From contig NC_058368.1 in the NCBI RefSeq assembly GCF_018350175.1, positions 64,296,001 through 64,360,000 on the forward strand: a stretch of 64,000 nt of DNA, in the 5' to 3' direction. The notes beneath the pieces were generated by a model. It did not search any database. It saw nothing but the letters and a program-made list of their open reading frames with translations, and was not told where the DNA came from. Origin of the DNA: Felis catus (lineage: Eukaryota). Every line of letters starts with the position of its first letter. The stretch's first letter is position 1. Positions 53,380 through 64,000 of the stretch are shown piece after piece. The position numbers and the translations under genes are program-made.

Positions 53380-56300
53380 TTTTTCATGTGTCAGTTGGCC
53401 ATCTGGATGTCTTTGGAGAAGTGTCTATTCATGTCTTTTGCCCATTTCTTCACTGGATGATTTGTTTTTTGGGTGTTGAGTTTGATAGTTCTTTATAGAT
53501 TTTGGATACTAACCCTTTATCTGATATGTCATTTGCAAATATCTTCTCTGATTCTGTCAGTTGTCTTTTAGTTTTGCTGATTGTTTCCTTTGCTGTGCAG
53601 AAGCTTATTATTTTGATGAGGTTCCACTAGTTCATTTTTTATTTTGTTTCCCTTGCCTATGGAGACATGTTAAGTAAGAAGTTGCTGCTGCCAAGATCAA
53701 AGAGGTTTTTGCCTGCTTTCTTAAGGATTTTGATGGCTTCCTGTCTTACATTTAGGTCTTCCATCCATTTTGAGTTTGTTTTTGTGTATGGTGTAAGAAA
53801 GTGGTCTAGGTTCATTCTTCATGTCACTGTCCAGTTTTCCCAGCACACCTTGCTGAAGAGACTGTCTTTATTCCTTTGGATATTCTTTCCTGCTTTGTCA
53901 ACAATTAGTTGGCCATATGTTTGTGGGTCCATTTCTGGATTCTCTATTCTATTCCATTGATCTGAGTGTTCTTGTGCCAGTACCATACCGTCTTGATGAT
54001 TACAGCTTTGTAGTATAGCTTGAAGTCTGGGATTGTGATGCCTCCTGCTTTGGTTTTCTTTTTCAAGATTGCTTTGGCTATTTGGGTTCTTTTCTGGTTC
54101 CATACATTTTTAGGATTGCTTGTTGTAGCTCTGTGAAGAATGCTGGTGTTATTTTGATAGGGATTGCATTGAATATGTAGATTACTTTGGGTAGTATCGA
54201 CATTTTAACAATATTTGTTCAATCCAGGAGCATGGAATCATTTTCCATTTTTTTTGTGTCATCTTCAATTTCTTTCATAAGGTTTCCAGTTTTCAGTGAA
54301 TAGATTTTTTTACCTCTTTGGTTAGATTTATTCCTCCATGTTTTATGGTTTTTGGTGAAATTGCAGATGGGATTTATTTCTTGATTTCTCTTTCTGCTGC
54401 TTCATTCTTGGCATAAAGAAATGAACCTGATTTTTGTACTTTAATGTTATATCCTACAACTTTGCTAAATTCATGGAACAGTTCTAGCAGTTTTTTGAGT
54501 TTTCCATGGAGGATCCTGTCATCTGCAAAGAGTGAAAGTTTGACCTCCTCCTTGCCCATTTTGATACCTTTTATTTCTTTGTGTTGTCTGATTGCTGAGG
54601 CTAGGACTTCCAACACCATATTGAATAACAATGGTGAGAGTGGACCTCCTTGTCGTGTTCTGATATTAGGGGGAAAGCTGTCACTTTTTCCCCATTGAGG
54701 ATGATCTCAGTGGTGGGTCTTTTCTATATGGCCTGTACGATCTTGAGGTATGATCCTTCTATCACAACTTCTTGAGGGTTTTTATCAAGAAAGGATGCTT
54801 TATTTTGTCAAATGCTTTTTCTCTGTCTATTGAGAGGATCATGTAGTTCTTAACCTTTCTTTTATTAATGCAATGTATCAATTTGATGGATTTGTGGATA
54901 TTGAACCAGCACCGCATCCCAGGAATAAATCCCATGTGTTTGTGGCAAATAATTCTTCCTTCATGTATTGTTGAATCTGGTTGGCTAATATCTTTTTGAG
55001 AATTTTTGCATCTGTGTTCATCAGGGAAATTGGCCTATAGTTCTCCTTTTTAGTGGGGTCTTTGTCTGAATCAAGGTAATACTGGCTTCATAGAATAGTT
55101 GGGAAGTTTTCCTTCCATTTCTATTTTTTGGAACAGCTTCAAGAGAACAAATGTTAACTCTTCTTTAAATGTTTCATAGAATTCCTCTGGAAAGCCATCC
55201 AGCCCTGGACTCTGGTTTGTTGGGAGCTTTTTGATTACTGATTCAAGTTCTTTACTGGTTATGAGTCTGTTCAAATATTCTATTTCTTCTCATTTCAGTT
55301 TTTGGTAGTTTATATGTTTCTAGGAATTGGTCCATTTCTTCCATATTGCCCAATTTTTTGGCATATAATTGCTCATAATATTCTCTTATTATTGTTTTTT
55401 CTGCAGTGTTGGTTGTAATCTCTCCTTTTTAACCATGATTTTATTTGGTCCTTTTTGATCAAGCTGTCTAGGGGTTTATCAGTTTTATTCTTTCAAAGAA
55501 CCATCTCCTGGTTTCATTGATCTGTTCTGGTTTGTTTGTTTTTTAATTTTGATAACATTGATTTCTGCTTTAATCTTTATCATTTCCATTCTTCTGCTGT
55601 GTTTGGGCTTTATTGCTGTTCTTTTTCTACATCTTTTAGGGTAAGGTAGATTGTTTACTTGAGACCTTTCTTCCTTTATTAGGATGGCCTGAATTGCTAT
55701 ATACTTCCTTCTTATGACCACCTTTGCTGCATCCCAGAGGTTTTGTTCTGTTGTGTTTTCATTTGCATTGGCTTCTGTGTTTTTAATTTCTCCTTTAATT
55801 TAGGTCAACCCATTCATTTTTTTTAGTAGGATGTTCTTTAATCTCCATGTATTCATGGCCTTTCCAAATTTTTTTTCTTGTGGTTGACTTTGAGTTTCAT
55901 AGTGTTGTGGTCCAAAAATATGCATATGGTCTTGATTTTTTTTTTTGTACTTGCTGAGGGCTGACTTGTGACCCAGTATGTGAACTCTCCTGGAGAATGT
56001 TCCATGTGCACTCAAGAAGAATGTGTATTCTGCTGCTTTAGGATGAAATGCTCTGAATATATCTGTTAAGTCCATCTGGTTTAGAGTGTCAGTCAATGCT
56101 ATGGTTTCCTTGTTAATTTTATGCTTAGGTGGTCTCTCCATTGCTGTAGGTGGGATATTGAAGTCCCCCAGTACTATGACATTATTATCAATGAATTTCT
56201 TCATGTTTGTGATTGATTTATTTCTATATTTGGGTTCTTGCACATTAGGGGCATGAATATTTATAATTGTTAGATCTTCTTGGTGGATAGACCTCTTAAT

Positions 56301-56594
56301 TATGACATAACATCCTTCTTCATCTCTTGTTATAGTATGTATTTTAAAATCTAGTTTGTCTGATATAGGTATGGCTACTCCAGCTATCTTTTGATGACCA
56401 TTAGCATGATACATGGTTCTCCATCCCCTTACTTTGAATCTGCAGGTGTCTTCAAGTCTAATGTGAATCTCTTGTAAGCAACATATAGATAAGTTTTGTT
56501 TTCTTATCCATTGTCATACCCTGTGACTTTTGACTGGAGCGTTTAGTCCCTTGAAATTTAGAGTGAATACTGGAAGATATGCATTTAGTGCCAT
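53380..56594 (-). pseudogene. L1 ORF2 (endonuclease/reverse transcriptase), frameshifted
   Basis: EN: YHANGHQKIAGVAI...VLGDFN...YTFFLSAHGTFS (55800-56414); [35 protein letters not shown]...KLSLFADD (54374-54631). Confidence 0.93.
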
Positions 56595-56689
56595 TGTGTT
56601 GCCTGTAGAGTTGGTGTTTATGGTGATGTTCTCTGATTCTTTCTAGTCTTTGTTGCTTTTGGTCTTTTTGTTTTGTCTTTTCTCCACTC

Positions 56690-57555
56690 AAACAATCCCC
56701 CTTAAAATTTTTTGCAGGACTAGTTTAGTGGTCACGAACGCCTTTAGTTTTTGCTTTTCTGGGAAACTCTTTGTCTCTCTATATTTAATGACAGTCTTGA
56801 TGGATAAAGAATTATTGCCCTGTATATTTTTCCATTTCAGCACATTGAATATATCCTGCCTCTCCTTTCTACCCTGCTAAGTTTCTGTGGATAGATCTGC
56901 AAATCTGATCTGTCTTCCCTTATAGGTTAATGACTTTTTTCCTTTGGTGCTTTAATGATTTTTTTCTTTGTGAATTTTTTTGAATTTAACTGTGATATAG
57001 CTTTGTGATGGCCAGTTTTTGTTAAATCTAATGGTATTTCTGCTCTTCTTGGATTTTGATGTCTGTGCCTTTCCCAGATTAGGTAAATTTTCTGCTATAA
57101 TTTGCTTGCATAAACCTTCTGCCCCTTTTTGTCTCTCTTCATCTTCTCAGACTCCTAGGTTCAGATGGTCCTCCTTTCTAATAAGTCACTGGGTTCTTTA
57201 CGTCTTGTATTGTCATCTTTGCCTTTGCTTTGCTCCTTTTTTCTGCTTCATTATCTTCCATAGTTTTATCTTCTATATCACTGATTCGCTGCTCTGCTTC
57301 ATCCATCCTTGCCATTGTGGCAATCTTTCAAGATTGCATCTCGGTTATATCATTTTTAATTTTGTCCTGTCTAGATATTACTTCTTTTATCTCTCTAGAG
57401 CGGGATTCTATCCTTTCTTCAACTGCAGCTAGTATTCTTATTATCGTGGTTCTAAATTTTAGTTCAGACACATTGCTAATATACGTGTTGATTAAACCCC
57501 TGGCTGTTATTTCTTCATGTTCTTTCTTTTGGGGTGAATTCCTTTGTTTTGTCAT
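56690..57555 (-). pseudogene. L1 ORF1 remnant
   Basis: MTKQRNSPQKKEHEEITARGLINTYISNVSELKFRTTIIRILA, a carnivore ORF1p-type N-terminus; disrupted downstream. Confidence 0.88.
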
Positions 57556-57736
57556 TTAGGAAGAATAAAAAAAACTCAATAAAATAAAAATTAAAAATTA
57601 GAAATTGAAAACGAGACAAAAAGCAAGTAAAGGAAGCTAGATCCTAAGTGTGTTTTGGTCTGCTTGTTGAAAGAATCGTGATATAATAGAGAAAAAGAAA
57701 GAAAAGAAAAGGGTAGAAAAAATTTAAAAATTAAAA

Positions 57737-57838
57737 ATATATATATATACATATACGCATACATATATATGTATATACATATACACACATACATATATAG
57801 GTGTATATATATATATATACACATACATATATATATAA
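57737..57838. repeat. TA/CA microsatellite inside the L1 5' UTR
   Basis: Directly visible. Confidence 0.9.
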
Positions 57839-60109
57839 ATTAAATAGTATAAAATAAAATAGAAAACAAAATTTAAAAAATAAAAAATCTCTGTGCCCAA
57901 GAAGAAGAAAAGAAAAGAATGATTTCAGCAAAAACAAAAGCAAAGAAAATGGACAAATAAATGAACCAACAAACAGAATGAAACCCAAATGAGGTTAGTT
58001 CCAGTTTCCTCTAGAATTGAAACTGTGATGCCCTCTATAGTCCATACACTAAGCTGGTATAATGACTTGTGCTGGTCTTCTAGGGGATGTGCTTGGAAGG
58101 CGCAGTTGGGCGGGACTTGGTGTAATGGCTCTGTTCTTCACTAAGTAATGCTGCTTAGCTTACTGGGTGGATCAGTGTGGTGCACATGCACATGCCCCAG
58201 AGAGGTGGAAATGGCCTCATGCAGCTTCCTAGTCTCTGACACAGGAACCTGCACTCTCACTGAGTGGCGATCAAGCACCCCTCCTTAGTCTCAGGACTCT
58301 GTCCACTCCCCACCTCTACCCTGACCGTATCCAAGCTGTCCACCTGCCAGGCAGCACCTCCCTCCAGAGTTTTATATCAAGTGGGGTTGTGTTTCAAAAC
58401 CCCAAACTCAGAAACCCTTGGAACTTGGACCTGGGCCAACTCTCTAAGGAACTGTCTCACTGCACAATGGCTGGGTACTGGCTTGTCCCAGAAAATGTAT
58501 GACTGCATAGCAGCAGAGATTGAGATTATGGCAAATCACAACACATAGCCAGTGCCAGTTTTGCCACACTCTGGCTTCCCTGTCTCAATACCAGCAAACA
58601 TGGCTGGTCTCTGTGCTCCGTTGGGACCTTTGCCTGTGGGAAGGCTATATGGCCTCTATCAAATGCCCTCCAAGTACAAAAACTGCTTCTTCCCATGTGG
58701 TACATGGATCCCTCAGACCCCTCTGCTTGCCTCTGGGGATTCGACCTACTTCCTCACCAGAGCACAACCAGGCAGTGAGCCTGGAATTTCAGACTCTGTG
58801 CTCCACTGTTTATAGAAACCTGGTAATATTGAAGCCCTCTCCTTTATTCCCCTCAATGGTTTTGGGGAATGGATTTCTTGTTCATTGCCCTGCAAGTGTT
58901 TTCACTCTTTTTCTCTCTTTCTCTCCAACTACTTTCAGGGGAGTGCTTTTCTTGTACAATCCTAATGCACTGCACTCTCCCCCTTTGTCTTTCTCTGTCC
59001 TCTCTGTGCAGAAGCACCTCCCTACCTTCTGTGGCTTTCCTTTCCCACAGTTGACCTCTCCACACCATGTACTTGGTAAATTCTGTGGCTCAAGTTATGC
59101 AGACAGATTGTCGTGCTAATCCACAGATCAATTTCCTAGGTGTTCAAAATGGTTTGGTGCTGACCTAGCTGTGTTTCAGGGGTAAGATAAGCTCAGGGTC
59201 TCCATGCTGCTCTGCCATCTTAACTCCTCTCCAGGAGAGGAAGTATTAAGGCATAGTTTTATAGTAATACAGTATAATTTCATAACAAATGACATAAATA
59301 TAATTTGTATATATTCTCTCTACAGAGGACAATGTCATGAATTGGGTACTCTGTGTGTCAATAGAAATGTGTTGGGAATATGTGTCTGATAGAGATGCAA
59401 TTGTAGAATTGAAATTGAATTCACCTTACTTTGAGTAAATGTTTCAATATTGCTTGAGTAATTATTTAATGCTGTTTTAATGTGAATACTTATTTTCATG
59501 GATTTTAAATGAATTGTTCCTATATATTTTTTTAAATCATTATTTTAATTTTCTTTGAGGATTAGACATTTTCTAATGTTTTCACAAAGTGTATATCAGT
59601 AAACTGTAAGTATGTATCTTGATGCAACATTAAGTTAGTGAAATCAAGTGTTTATGATAATATAACACAAATTCCCCACTGGTAAAAAACCAAATTACAT
59701 ATGATAGTCAAAAGGTCTAATATTCTTCACATGGAAGTATTTTCCTGTCTTTACTCCATACTATCTCCAGTTGCTGACCTTATACTCTGCAGTTGTCCTC
59801 TCCTACATTTTCTTATATCCTTGTAGTTATATAAATAGCTATCTTTGATTTATGTAAGATTTCAATGTGTTTCCTCTTTTTATTGTTCATTATAGTATTC
59901 AAGAAAACACTCCATACCTAGTATCTTGAAGGATGGAATTGATATGTGCTGCGGACTCTCATAATGAGCTTTTAATGAGCTCAGGTGAGACTGCAGCACA
60001 CTTTAGTTTGTGCCTGGTCTTTTTGTTAACAATTGTATGCAAATCAAGAGCTTTGTTTCTTCTACTTTATTAGTGTCAATAAATCCTCCTATGGCTGTCT
60101 CATATATAT

Positions 60110-61295
60110 TTTTAAACACCATTAATTTTTATAACATCATTGAGATGTAGCTGACATACTGTACAGTATATTTAAAGTATAAAATTCAGCAGTTTTTAAT
60201 ATAGTCAAAAAGTTGTATAACTATTAATTTTAGAACATTGTTATCACACACCCCCACCCCCCGACCTCCAAAAAACACATACCCGCTAGCTGTCTCTCCC
60301 TAGCCCTAAGCAACCACCACTACTACTTTCCTGTCACTATAGGTTTGTCTATTCTGGCCATATGATAAATGGAATCATATATGTGGTCTTTATAATTGGC
60401 CCTTCTAAATTAATGTAATTTTTTTTCTGTCTTTTTGGTTATAGTTACCTTTGTGGGTGTGAAGAAATAACTCATGGTGGGTTTAATTTGCATTTCCCTG
60501 AAGCTAATGATGTTGAACATCTTTTCATGTATTGGCCATTTGTATATCTTCTTTGAAGAAAAGTCTCCTCAGATACTTAGCCCATTTTAAATTAGATTTT
60601 CAGTGTTTCTTATTGAGTTGCAGGAGTTCTGTTTTTTAAATACAAGTCTGCTACAAGATACAGGATTAACAAGAGTTTTCTCCCATTGTGTAGTTTCTTA
60701 ATGGCATTCTTTGAAGCACGTTTCTGATTTTGATGTCCATTTATCTATTTTTGCTTCTGTTGCTTGTGTTTGCAATGTCCTACTAAAAAACAACTAAGAT
60801 TGATACACAAGTTTTCTAATTTCTGCATATGGTATGAGGTAGGAACCCACTTTCATTATCTTGCATATGGGTATCCAGTTGTCACAGCACCATTTGTTGA
60901 AAAGATTCTTTTTGAAGTATGTTAGCAAAAGTTGAATACTCAGCTGATCACAAATGTGAGATTTTATGTATAGACTCACAGTTCTAGTCCATTGATCTTT
61001 TATGTCCACTACCACACTGTCTGGATTAACATAGCTTTTCAGTAAAACTTGAAATTGGGAAGTAGGAGTCCTCCAACTTTGTTCTTTTCCTTCAAGATTG
61101 TTTTGGCTTTTCTGGGTTCCTTGAATGTGCGTATGATTTTTAGGATCACCTTGTCAATTTTTGCAAGGAAACTGACATTGTGATAAGGATTTGTTAAATC
61201 TGTAGTTCAATTTGAGAAGTATTGCCATCTTACCAAAATTGTCTTCAGATTCATGAATGTGAATATCTTTCTATTTGTTTAGGTCCATAATTTCA
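60110..61295 (-). mobile_element. Old L1 (L1MB-like) 3' fragment
   Basis: ttgagatgtag...tttaaagtataaaattcag; tttaatttgcatttccctga; gttgtcacagcaccatttgttgaaaaga; ORF remnant LFNKWCCDNWIPICK. Confidence 0.88.
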
Positions 61296-62392
61296 TTAAA
61301 TCTCTGTAGTAAAACAAAACTTCTTGATACAAGATAATTCATTGAATTTTGACACCATTATTACAATCTAGTTCTTCTTATCATTAACAAACATTCCATA
61401 GTATTGTAGGGTCTTCTGGTGTCACAATACACAACTAAACAATTGTTTGTTAGTATGTATCCCTATTTCCAAAGAAATAGGAATTGGTTCTTGAGATTAA
61501 GTACTAAATACTACAGAATTTATATTCATTATTTAAAAAGATACAATCAAGTAGAAGAAAAAATAGATCCGATATCCAGAGATATATTAGATGTAATCTC
61601 TATCTTACTTAAATAATAGTTTAGGGAATTAGAATATGAGTTCCATTATATTTGAGCAACAGTCCAGACTGGATTTCCATACATTTCAAGGTTGATAGTA
61701 TCAGTTTGCATTTTGATCTAATATCTTTTTAAACTTTATTGTACTTGATTGTCTAAAAACAGCATTTCTGTATTTTAATATTTTTACCTATGTAAGATAA
61801 ATATCTTTTTGGTTTTTTGTATATCCTATGATTTTTTTTTAATTTGTGTTAATGAATTTTATTTTAGCTTTTTTATATTAAAAATCATTGTCACAATGAC
61901 AGGGCACCTGCCTGACATAATGCCTCTGTGATATAGCAAAATTCTACCTACAAAAATGTCTGGAAATACTATGCTACTGATAGTATAGATGGTAATTAGT
62001 TGATAACAAATTCACAAGATATGATATAAAAAGCATTCTTAAAAGACTAAAGAATCTGAACTCTTTATCTCAGTTTTGGAAATACAAGATCTTTGGACAT
62101 TACCAAATAGTGTCCTGTTTTTGTTTCTGTTTTTCCCCTTGAAAAACTATTTGTAGTTATACAAACACATTCTTTTGTGTATTTGTAATTGTCCTTGGTT
62201 TCAAGTACATTGACTCTGAAGCCAGAAGCCAACCTTTAAGAGTATCATTGACCCTGGGAATATAGTTCATTCCTACTCATCAGAGTTAAAAGAAGCTTGA
62301 GTTCCTGAAATTACTTTTATCATCTTACTCTGATATATCATGATTTTTCTCTCCGTTTTCCAAACACCAATATTCATAAGTTGTACTTAGCA

Positions 62393-62747
62393 TATATTTA
62401 TATTCTAGGGCCACTGTAAGAAAATACGCCACGCTGGACAGCTTAAAACAGAAATTGACTTTCTCATAGCTGAATACTAGAAGTTCAAGGTCAAGGTATT
62501 AACAAGGGCAGATACTTGTAGGGTTTCTTTGGCTCAAAGACTACAGCTTTCTCACTGTATCCTAACATGGATTTTTCTCTGTGCACATACTTCCCTGGTG
62601 TATCTCTTCTTGTAAAAACATCAGTCATAATGACCTATGACCTCACTTAATCTTCATATTGCGTTGAAAGCACGATCTCCAAGTGCACTCACTTTTGGGG
62701 TTTGGGCTTCAACATAAATTTGGGGGAACATGATTCACTCCACAACA
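62393..62747 (-). mobile_element. MLT1A/B-like solo LTR
   Basis: cttaaaacagaaatt...agaagttcaaggtcaagg...gggcttcaacataaatttggggg...attcactccacaaca. Confidence 0.85.
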
Positions 62748-62769
62748 CATGATTTATTAGGAATCAAAA

Positions 62770-62880
62770 GTTTTGTCACTGTCCAGAAAATTTTCTCCCC
62801 TTATCTGACAAAAGCTTTCAAATTTTGGTTTAGGAACCACCTTCTCTCTCTGTCTCTGTCACTCTCTCTGTCTCTGTCAC

Positions 62881-62923
<43 letters not shown>

Positions 62924-63368
62924 TCCTGCATTATAGATCTGAAAGATCTTAATCTGGTCTCATAAGATGGGAACAGGACACATTCAAACCATTTCTCTCT
63001 CTAGCTGAAGTGATTGCTTTAGAGGCAGATTAGTGACCCAAGTCAGACAAATATCTGGGGATATGGCTAGAATAACAGGAAAGAGGAGTTCTTATCTTTC
63101 TACTTGACTAGGCTTATGATTTATAATCCTGGAGCTGTTCTTAACTGTGCTGCCCTTGTGTGGAATGATCCTGCCTAGAATAAAGCCAACAAGGAAAATA
63201 GCAGTATTCTGATATAAGAAGACTCCTGATAGTATCTGAGCATCTGGATCCAGCCAAACTGAAATCTCAACTATTCCTGGGCTTCTCAGCTGCCTGAGTC
63301 AACCAATTACATTTTGCATTAGCCAGTTTAAATTTGATTCCTACTGTTGTGACCAAAGTAATCCTGGA
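62770..63368 (+). mobile_element. MLT1J-like solo LTR containing a (CT)n-type tract at 62843-62920
   Basis: gtgacccaag; aataaagccaac; tgagcatctggatccagcc; agccagtt...tgtgaccaaagtaatcctg. Confidence 0.7.
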
Positions 63369-63541
63369 AGAGCATTTTAGCTCCTTAACACTATAAAAAG
63401 TGAATTCTAGAGACAGAAGTAGAAATTCAAAATGCTTAGAACTAGTGTTCATGAATACTAACCAGGCATGAGGATTAGATGGAATACCTATAGCTATAGG
63501 GAAAAACTAATTGCTGTCTTATTTAAAGGAAATATATTTTT

Positions 63542-63757
63542 TTTAATTTTTTTTCAACGTTTATTTATTTTGGGGACAGAGAGAGACAGAGCATGAACAG
63601 GGGAGGGGCAGAGAGAGAGGGAGACACAGAATCGGAAACAGGCTCCAGGCTCTGAGCCATCAGCCCAGAGCCTGACGCGGGGCTCGAACTCGTGGACCGT
63701 GAGATCGTGACCTGGCTGAAGTCGGACGCTTAACCGACTGCGCCACCCAGGCGCCCC
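63542..63757 (-). mobile_element. Young felid Can-SINE (SINEC_Fc-type)
   Basis: Near-identical to 5617-5843 and 8478-8712; TSD ggaaatatattttt at 63528-63541 and 63760-63773. Confidence 0.97.
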
Positions 63758-64000
63758 TTGGAAATATATTTTTAAATACATAAAGTTACTACATCTTTGC
63801 CAAGAACCAAGTGGATTACATTAGTCTTTGGAGAAATATTCACTCCCTATAATTCAAGCATAACCCCAAGTACAATAAGTATCTTGTATGAGAACTCATC
63901 TTTAAGAGTTCTTCTGTCAAATTTGATTCCACTCCAAAATGATTGGTATTAGAACCAATAAGAGGAGATGAACACAAGTTTGGGAGACAAGAAATCTGTG

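Larger units (their letters stand above)
53146..59232 (-). mobile_element. Full-length but inactivated carnivore/felid LINE-1 (5' UTR, ORF1, ORF2, 3' end), with a deletion near 53375
   Basis: 5' end ggagaggagttaaagatggcag at 59232; ORF1 and ORF2 remnants; second T-rich tail and 3' UTR at 53146-53365; many frameshifts. Confidence 0.95.

Noticed and set aside
58520..59119. 199-aa + strand ORF in the L1 5' UTR (ORF0-like idea)
   Set aside because: TTG start in a decayed element; ORF0 is described for primate L1s and nothing here supports an equivalent.
53146..59232. Retrotransposition-competent L1
   Set aside because: ORF1 and ORF2 are fragmented by frameshifts and stops, the ORF2 C-terminus is deleted, and the 5' UTR is CpG-depleted.
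7883..63781. Recurrent ORFs such as AWVAQSVERPTSAQVTISR / GWRSRLSVRLQPGHDL, and tRNA-like A/B boxes
   Set aside because: These are Can-SINE bodies; the heads are tRNA-derived but are not tRNA genes, and the repeats are dispersed, not a CRISPR-like array.

Overview
This is AT-rich, non-coding mammalian DNA from a felid (cat family). The assignment rests on about 30 tRNA-derived Can-SINEs, including near-consensus felid-type copies, and a decayed full-length carnivore LINE-1. Repeats dominate the window: SINEC, L1 (one full-length, plus truncated and internally deleted copies), HAL1-like, L2, MIR, solo LTRs (MLT1, MER31, MER68), DNA-transposon fossils (MER33, MER5A, Kanga1-like Tc2) and microsatellites. 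Subfamily names come from remembered consensus features and need RepeatMasker/Dfam confirmation. I recognise no host protein-coding exon, RNA gene or CRISPR array; nearly all ORF-track entries are repeat-derived or chance. I found no previously undescribed biological system. The most interesting signals are structural: (1) a probable ~1 kb L1 3' transduction bracketed by a 15-bp TSD (52076-59247); (2) a mosaic templated insertion built from two neighbouring sequences (30731-30845); (3) a collapsed head-to-head SINE palindrome (15372-15870); (4) an L1 with its coding interior deleted (18903-21297); and (5) a speculative promoter plus two small + strand exons (22180-23040).
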